Assembly (NCBI GenBank): GCA_047651235.1
Contig: CP178758.1
Span: forward strand, 2,640,001 to 2,672,000
DNA length: 32,000 nt
Direction: 5' to 3'
Source: Candidatus Electrothrix yaqonensis
GTDB lineage: Bacteria > Desulfobacterota > Desulfobulbia > Desulfobulbales > Desulfobulbaceae
Positions within the stretch are counted from its first letter, which is position 1. Each line of letters starts with the position of its first letter. The translations under genes were made by a program, and so were the position numbers. This document shows, piece after piece, positions 27,681-32,000 of this stretch. The notes beneath the pieces are model-generated. The model was not told the origin of the DNA. It ran no database searches and worked only from the letters and a program-made list of their open reading frames with translations.

Positions 27681-28601
27681 TTAGACAGATGGACCTTTCT
27701 TGACCAGCTCTATCAGATACAGCACCTTGTTAAGGTCATTCACGATGAGCGGGATCTCTTCAAGCTTTACCTTATCGGGTTTGCTTACCAGTGTCTCGAA
27801 CGCTTTTTTAAGCTTTTCGGGTGCCTCTTTTACTGAATCTGCAAGTTCGACAGAGTTGCTGTCTATCAGGACAGCTTTCCGATTTGCAGCCCAATTCCCT
27901 GGCAGCACTTTGTCTTTGAAGAACTGCTTTTGGTAGATTTTCCTGTTTCCTGCAATGATAGTTTCCTGAGCATCTTTCCAAAGGGCAGCAACTTCTTTCA
28001 TAGCTGCGACCTGTAGCTCAAGCTCACCCTCGATGGTTTGGGCATGTGCCTTGAGTTCCTTCTCCAAGGTAGCCTGCTGGAAACTGGCGACTGCCAATTC
28101 AGTCACTGGGCCGACCAAGCTGCCTATAGGGGCGTTGCCAAGTGTTGCCTTGGAGATTCTTGGATTCAGCTTGCTCAGTTCATTAACGATACCTGTGGTG
28201 CCTACGGCAATTTCCGTACCTGCATTGCTTCCTGCCAAGTCTGCAAGGGCCTTGAAGTATAACTTGAGCAGTTCATTATGCTCCGCAATATCGTTAAGAA
28301 TCCGTAAACGATTGGCTATTATCTTATCGCTTTCTTTAAGCTCTTGGTAAGCCTTGCTCGCATCGCTTTCTTTAACCTTGCCATCATCTCCGATAATCGC
28401 ACCACTTCGGTGATTGATGAGTGATGCAGAACTCGCATCAATGGAGACCCCGCCTGATTCATGCAATAATGCATTCATAGTATCCGCATAAAGCACTCCA
28501 GCTTCACCAAAGTCTTTGAACTGGCTGACCCGGCTGGCGCAGCCACTCAGCAGTAATAGACTGACAGCAGGAATTATCATCGTTTTCTTTATTAGTTTCA
28601 T
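27681..28601 (-). CDS. Hypothetical all-helical lipoprotein
   Basis: Lipobox LLLLSGC within MKLIKKTMIIPAVSLLLLSGCAS. The remainder is predicted helical. I recognise no family. Confidence 0.65.
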   Translation of the reverse strand: MKLIKKTMIIPAVSLLLLSGCASRVSQFKDFGEAGVLYADTMNALLHESGGVSIDASSASLINHRSGAIIGDDGKVKESDASKAYQELKESDKIIANRLRILNDIAEHNELLKLYFKALADLAGSNAGTEIAVGTTGIVNELSKLNPRISKATLGNAPIGSLVGPVTELAVASFQQATLEKELKAHAQTIEGELELQVAAMKEVAALWKDAQETIIAGNRKIYQKQFFKDKVLPGNWAANRKAVLIDSNSVELADSVKEAPEKLKKAFETLVSKPDKVKLEEIPLIVNDLNKVLYLIELVKKGPSV

Positions 28602-29072
28602 AGCTCGCTCCTTTTGCAGATTTCAACTTGAAGTTCCTTTAAATCTGGTTCCTGTACCTTCTTGTCATGCGAACAAATCTCACCTGATAAAATGGTATCG
28701 ATAATTTATTTATCCATCATCGGGACAGTCTTTGTCAAATGAAAAATATATTCACCTGATAGCAAATATTGCATTCTGTCAAAGATATAAACTTTCCCGG
28801 CAAGTTATCTTGTAAGGTATTACCAACCCCTTCACCACTACCCTCGTTCTTTTACTCAAAACCTACTATATCCACACTTCAAGCTCTCCCTCTCACACTC
28901 TCCCCAGCACCCCGGTCTCCTGAAAAATTCATCGAGTATGCCCCGAACCATTTATCGGCAGTACTCCGAGCACCTTTCCGCTTTCTCCAGTAGACTTTTC
29001 CTTCCTTTTCGGCTTAAATGTCCCCCGTTGTATGCTGCCTAACCGATAAATAATGTATTGCAGGAAATGACG

Positions 29073-30515
29073 ATGAACAGAGATATCTACCAGGAACCCC
29101 TGGTCAGCCGATATACCAGTTTGGAAATGCAGGAACTCTTTTCTGAACGCTTCAAGTTCACCACCTGGCGGCGTTGCTGGGTCGCTTTGGCCGAAGCCCA
29201 GCATGAACTGGGGCTGGAGGTGGTCACGCAGGAGATGATTGACGAGCTGAAAGCCCATGTCGAGGATATTGACTTTGAGGTCGCGGCAGCCAAGGAAAAG
29301 GAAATCCGCCATGATGTCATGGCCCATGTCTATGCCTACGGTCTGCAATGCCCCAAGGCTGAGGCCATTATCCATTTAGGAGCCACCTCTCAGTTCGTGG
29401 TCTGCAATACTGACCTGATCATTCAGAAGAAAGCTCTGCAGCTGATTAAAAAGACCCTGATCAACACGCTTGCCAATCTCTCCGCATTTTGTCACTGCCA
29501 TAAGGAGCTGGCGACCTTGGGTTTTACTCATTATCAACCTGCCCAACCTACCACCGTGGGTAAGCGCAACACCCTGTACATCCAGGATCTGCTCATGGAT
29601 CTGGAGTATATTGAAATGCTGGAGCAACAGGTAAAAGCGAGAGGGGCCAAGGGCACCGTGGGTACGCAGGCTACTTTTCTGGAACTGTTTCAGGGCGATC
29701 ACGCCAAGGTACGCGAGCTGGACCGACTCGTCGCGCAAAAGCTCGGCTTTGATACGGTGTTCCCGGTCACCGGCCAGACCTATCCCCGCAAACTGGACAT
29801 GAAGACGGCAGAGACTCTGGCCGGGATCGGGGCCTCGGCCCATAAATTCGCGGTTGATCTCCGTCTGCTCTCCAACCTCAAAGTGCAGGAAGAGCCCTTT
29901 GCCAAAAAGCAGGTGGGCAGTTCGGCAATGGCCTATAAGCGCAACCCTATGCGCTCCGAGCGGATGACCGGGCTGGCCCGCAAGCTCATGGGGCTGCCTG
30001 CCAACTTTGCCGCCACTGCAGGCAATCAGTGGTTCGAGCGCACTCTGGATGACTCGGCTATCCGCCGCATGGACATAGCTCAGGCTTTTCTGCTCACTGA
30101 TGCCATCCTGAAGCTCTATGTGAATATCACCAGCGATATGGTAGTCTATCCCAAGCAGATAGAACGCTATCTGCGGGCGGAGCTGCCCTTCATGTCCACG
30201 GAAAAAATTCTCATGGCCTGCGTAGAGCAGGGCAAGAGCCGACAGGAGATGCACGAGGTGATCCGGGAGCATTCAGTGGCTGCAGGGCTGGCCGTCAAGG
30301 AGCAGGGCTTGGAGAACGATCTTTTGAATCGCTTGGCTGAGGACGAGCGCGTTCCTTTCTCACAGGAAGAGCTGGAAGGGATGATCAGCAATTATCAGGA
30401 ATTCACCGGCCGGGCTGCTGAGCAGACCGAAGAGTTTCTGGATGAGGTGGTGACCCCGATTCTGAAAAAATACCGGAATCAGATCGGTGGAATCGATGCC
30501 TCGCTCAAGGTGTAA
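29073..30515 (+). CDS. purB: Adenylosuccinate lyase
   Basis: PLVSRYTSLEMQELFS at the N-terminus and the fumarate-lyase signature GSSAMAYKRNP. The ATG at 29073 has AGGAAA upstream. Alternative starts are at 29067 and 29058. Confidence 0.93.
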   Translation: MNRDIYQEPLVSRYTSLEMQELFSERFKFTTWRRCWVALAEAQHELGLEVVTQEMIDELKAHVEDIDFEVAAAKEKEIRHDVMAHVYAYGLQCPKAEAIIHLGATSQFVVCNTDLIIQKKALQLIKKTLINTLANLSAFCHCHKELATLGFTHYQPAQPTTVGKRNTLYIQDLLMDLEYIEMLEQQVKARGAKGTVGTQATFLELFQGDHAKVRELDRLVAQKLGFDTVFPVTGQTYPRKLDMKTAETLAGIGASAHKFAVDLRLLSNLKVQEEPFAKKQVGSSAMAYKRNPMRSERMTGLARKLMGLPANFAATAGNQWFERTLDDSAIRRMDIAQAFLLTDAILKLYVNITSDMVVYPKQIERYLRAELPFMSTEKILMACVEQGKSRQEMHEVIREHSVAAGLAVKEQGLENDLLNRLAEDERVPFSQEELEGMISNYQEFTGRAAEQTEEFLDEVVTPILKKYRNQIGGIDASLKV

Positions 30516-30726
30516 TTCGGCGGCTCCGGCAGTGCATACCTTTTATCTCAAAATCAGAACGGACCGGATCAGCCTGTTCCGCTTTCTGCTGGAAGGTTAC
30601 GACGGGCTGGCTACCCTGTCCACGGTGGATGTGCGGCAGGGGGTGGTCCGCTTGATTGTGCCGAAATCCAGATATACTGAACTCTGGCAGCTCCTCACGG
30701 CAATCTGTGGAGAGCTGCGTCCGTAA
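30487..30726 (+). CDS. DUF4911-like small protein downstream of purB
   Basis: ISLFRFLLEGYDGLATLSTVDVRQGVVRLIVP fits the DUF4911 pattern. The real start is probably the in-frame GTG at 30532, which would avoid overlap with purB. Confidence 0.6.
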   Translation: MESMPRSRCNSAAPAVHTFYLKIRTDRISLFRFLLEGYDGLATLSTVDVRQGVVRLIVPKSRYTELWQLLTAICGELRP

Positions 30727-30962
30727 CGGGCCAAAGAATTTAATTTCTTTTTCTTTCGTACCCTATAACCATACGTTACCCATTCATGTCTTTGGCTTTT
30801 ATATATTATTAATAATTGTCTAAAGTTATATGTTTTGACAAACGCACTATGCTGAGATTTTCTGCATTGTTCTCCATCATTTCAAAAAGTGTTACCGATT
30901 CAGGCAACCCTGGATTCAAGTGATAAGTGCATAACCCATAATTTTTCTGACATCTACCCCTG

Positions 30963-31475
30963 TCAGTTTCTCAAATAGGGTGTTTTAAATTTGAGACATT
31001 TTCTCGGCCTGCTGTTAATTCTACTTTGGCGATCATAAACATAACTAGCTTATTTTTATTAAGTATTTAAAAACCCCTGTTTTTAGCATTATTAATATTA
31101 TTAAATAGTTAATGGTATGGTCACCAAAGTAGAATTAAGCTTGTCCACAGCACTCACGACCTGCTGCACAGTGATATCAACTAATTCGATATTCTTCGGA
31201 AAATATTGCCGTAACAGACCGTTGGCATTCTCATTCTGTCCTCGTTCCCGGGAGTGGTAAGGTTTGGCGAAATAGGTCTCACATTCAATTTCCTTAGCGA
31301 TCTCCTCATGAAGAGTGAATTCCTTGCCGTTATCAAAAGTTATTGTTTTAACAGACTGTTTTACAGGAGAAAACAATGCGGCCATCGCATCTTTGACATA
31401 TTTTCTGTGTGCCACAACGCGCAACAGTTTCATAACCACATACCGGGCAAATGCCTCTACCTTTAGGAAAGGGCA
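30963..31475 (-). pseudogene. IS30-family transposase relic (catalytic C-terminal half only), interrupted by a MITE
   Basis: KTITFDNGKEF...YFAKPYHSRERGQNENANGLLRQYFPK is the IS30 DDE region. The frame ends artificially at ...DKLNSTLV. It resumes beyond the insert as SRPRKCLKFKTPYLRN-stop (30963-31013). The N-terminal half is absent. Confidence 0.8.
31015..31138. mobile_element. 120-bp MITE with 11-bp terminal inverted repeats and a TTAA target-site duplication
   Basis: TTAATTCTACTTTGG (31015-31029) is the exact reverse complement of CCAAAGTAGAATTAA (31124-31138). Removing the element and one TTAA restores GAC AAG CTT AAC AGC AGG CCG AGA AAA, which reads DKLNSRPRK, the IS30 LNxRPRK motif. Confidence 0.8.
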
Positions 31476-32000
31476 TCACCCTTTCTCCGTCTACTATGGA
31501 AAATTTCATTTTTTTTGAGCCTTAATTTTTTGCTTCAGTAGTCAAACTTATGGGAGTATTAAAAACGAATGCCAAATAATGAAATACACATAAAGAGAAG
31601 CGACCAAATACACGATCCAACTCCAATTCCACCTAATATTCCTGTTAACAATCGTCTATAATTTGTTGATGGAAGGATATGGAAAAATTGTAACGACCAA
31701 TCAAATAATATTATAGCCATAAAAAGTAGGCTGACATAAAAACTTGGAAGAAGACCGAAGAGGAATAAGAAAGGTGGAGATTAAGTCACAGGGTATTGTT
31801 CATAACCCCGCAGTACATTTTCATGAAATCTACAGAAATGTATTGATAGTTTCAGTAAAAATAAATAGAAGCCAGCCTGACTCAGTGTGAATTCTTTTTT
31901 ATTTTCAGCTTTGTTATAAAAATAAGGTGCCGGTACGTTATGAAGATCATCTAATACTGCGATATACTCCGATTTTAAGCCTCCTCCTTTGGGAAGATAG

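Noticed and set aside
28679-28771. 10-bp direct repeat TCACCTGATA at 28679-28688 and 28762-28771 in the divergent region between the lipoprotein gene and purB.
   Set aside because: It is a short repeat in AT-rich intergenic DNA with only two copies and no palindromic character. That is insufficient to call a regulatory site.
28930-29057. Possible purine or ZTP riboswitch in the purB leader (contains TAAATGTCC).
   Set aside because: The conserved purine-riboswitch elements (UAUAA...AUAUGG...UCUACC...GACUA) and the ZTP pfl motifs are not present.
31486-31498. GTCTACTATGG next to the 5' truncation point of the IS30 relic resembles the MITE terminus TTCTACTTTGG (9/11).
   Set aside because: It has two mismatches in 11 nt and no partner repeat, and the adjacent sequence does not align with other copies. 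It is suggestive of another element end but not supportable.
31559-31815. Minus-strand hydrophobic reading frame (…FLFLFGLLPSFYVSLLFMAIILFDW…GILGGIGVGSCIWSLLFMCISLFGIRF) suggests the tail of a polytopic membrane protein, for example a polysaccharide polymerase-like one.
   Set aside because: It is broken by stops and frame changes upstream and has no ORF of at least 60 aa and no diagnostic motif. It may be a decayed gene, but the call would be guesswork.

Overview
The window looks like a chromosomal segment from a sulfur-metabolising, Desulfobulbales-like deltaproteobacterium. That taxon guess is inference from DsrC and the general protein flavour. The backbone is housekeeping genes, mostly on the minus strand: an SNF2 helicase, ppiD, dsrC, an alpha-carbonic anhydrase, gap, glgA, aroC, polA, purB, and a membrane metallophosphoesterase, a YkgJ-type Cys-cluster protein and an SPFH/flotillin-like protein. 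Several rearranged or visibly AT-richer accessory patches interrupt this backbone.

1. 12.8-15.1 kb: a decayed outer-membrane beta-barrel gene split by a 135-bp MITE-like insert, plus a two-gene secreted/membrane cassette.
2. 18.85-21.82 kb: a bacterial ROCO gene (LRR-Roc GTPase-COR) preceded by an array of 46/23-bp palindrome-containing repeats. Two non-identical 5' fragments of mutS bracket it, and the body of mutS is absent from the window.
3. 25.1-26.8 kb: a truncated ISKra4-like transposase island.
4. 27.1-28.6 kb: a lipoprotein plus small helical protein cassette, followed by a roughly 195-nt structured CU-rich tail with a strong terminator.
5. 30.7-32.0 kb: an IS30 transposase relic split by a 120-bp MITE with a TTAA target duplication.

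I found no rRNA, tRNA or CRISPR array. The ROCO island is my best candidate for something functionally new. I cannot show from sequence alone that it is a defined system.
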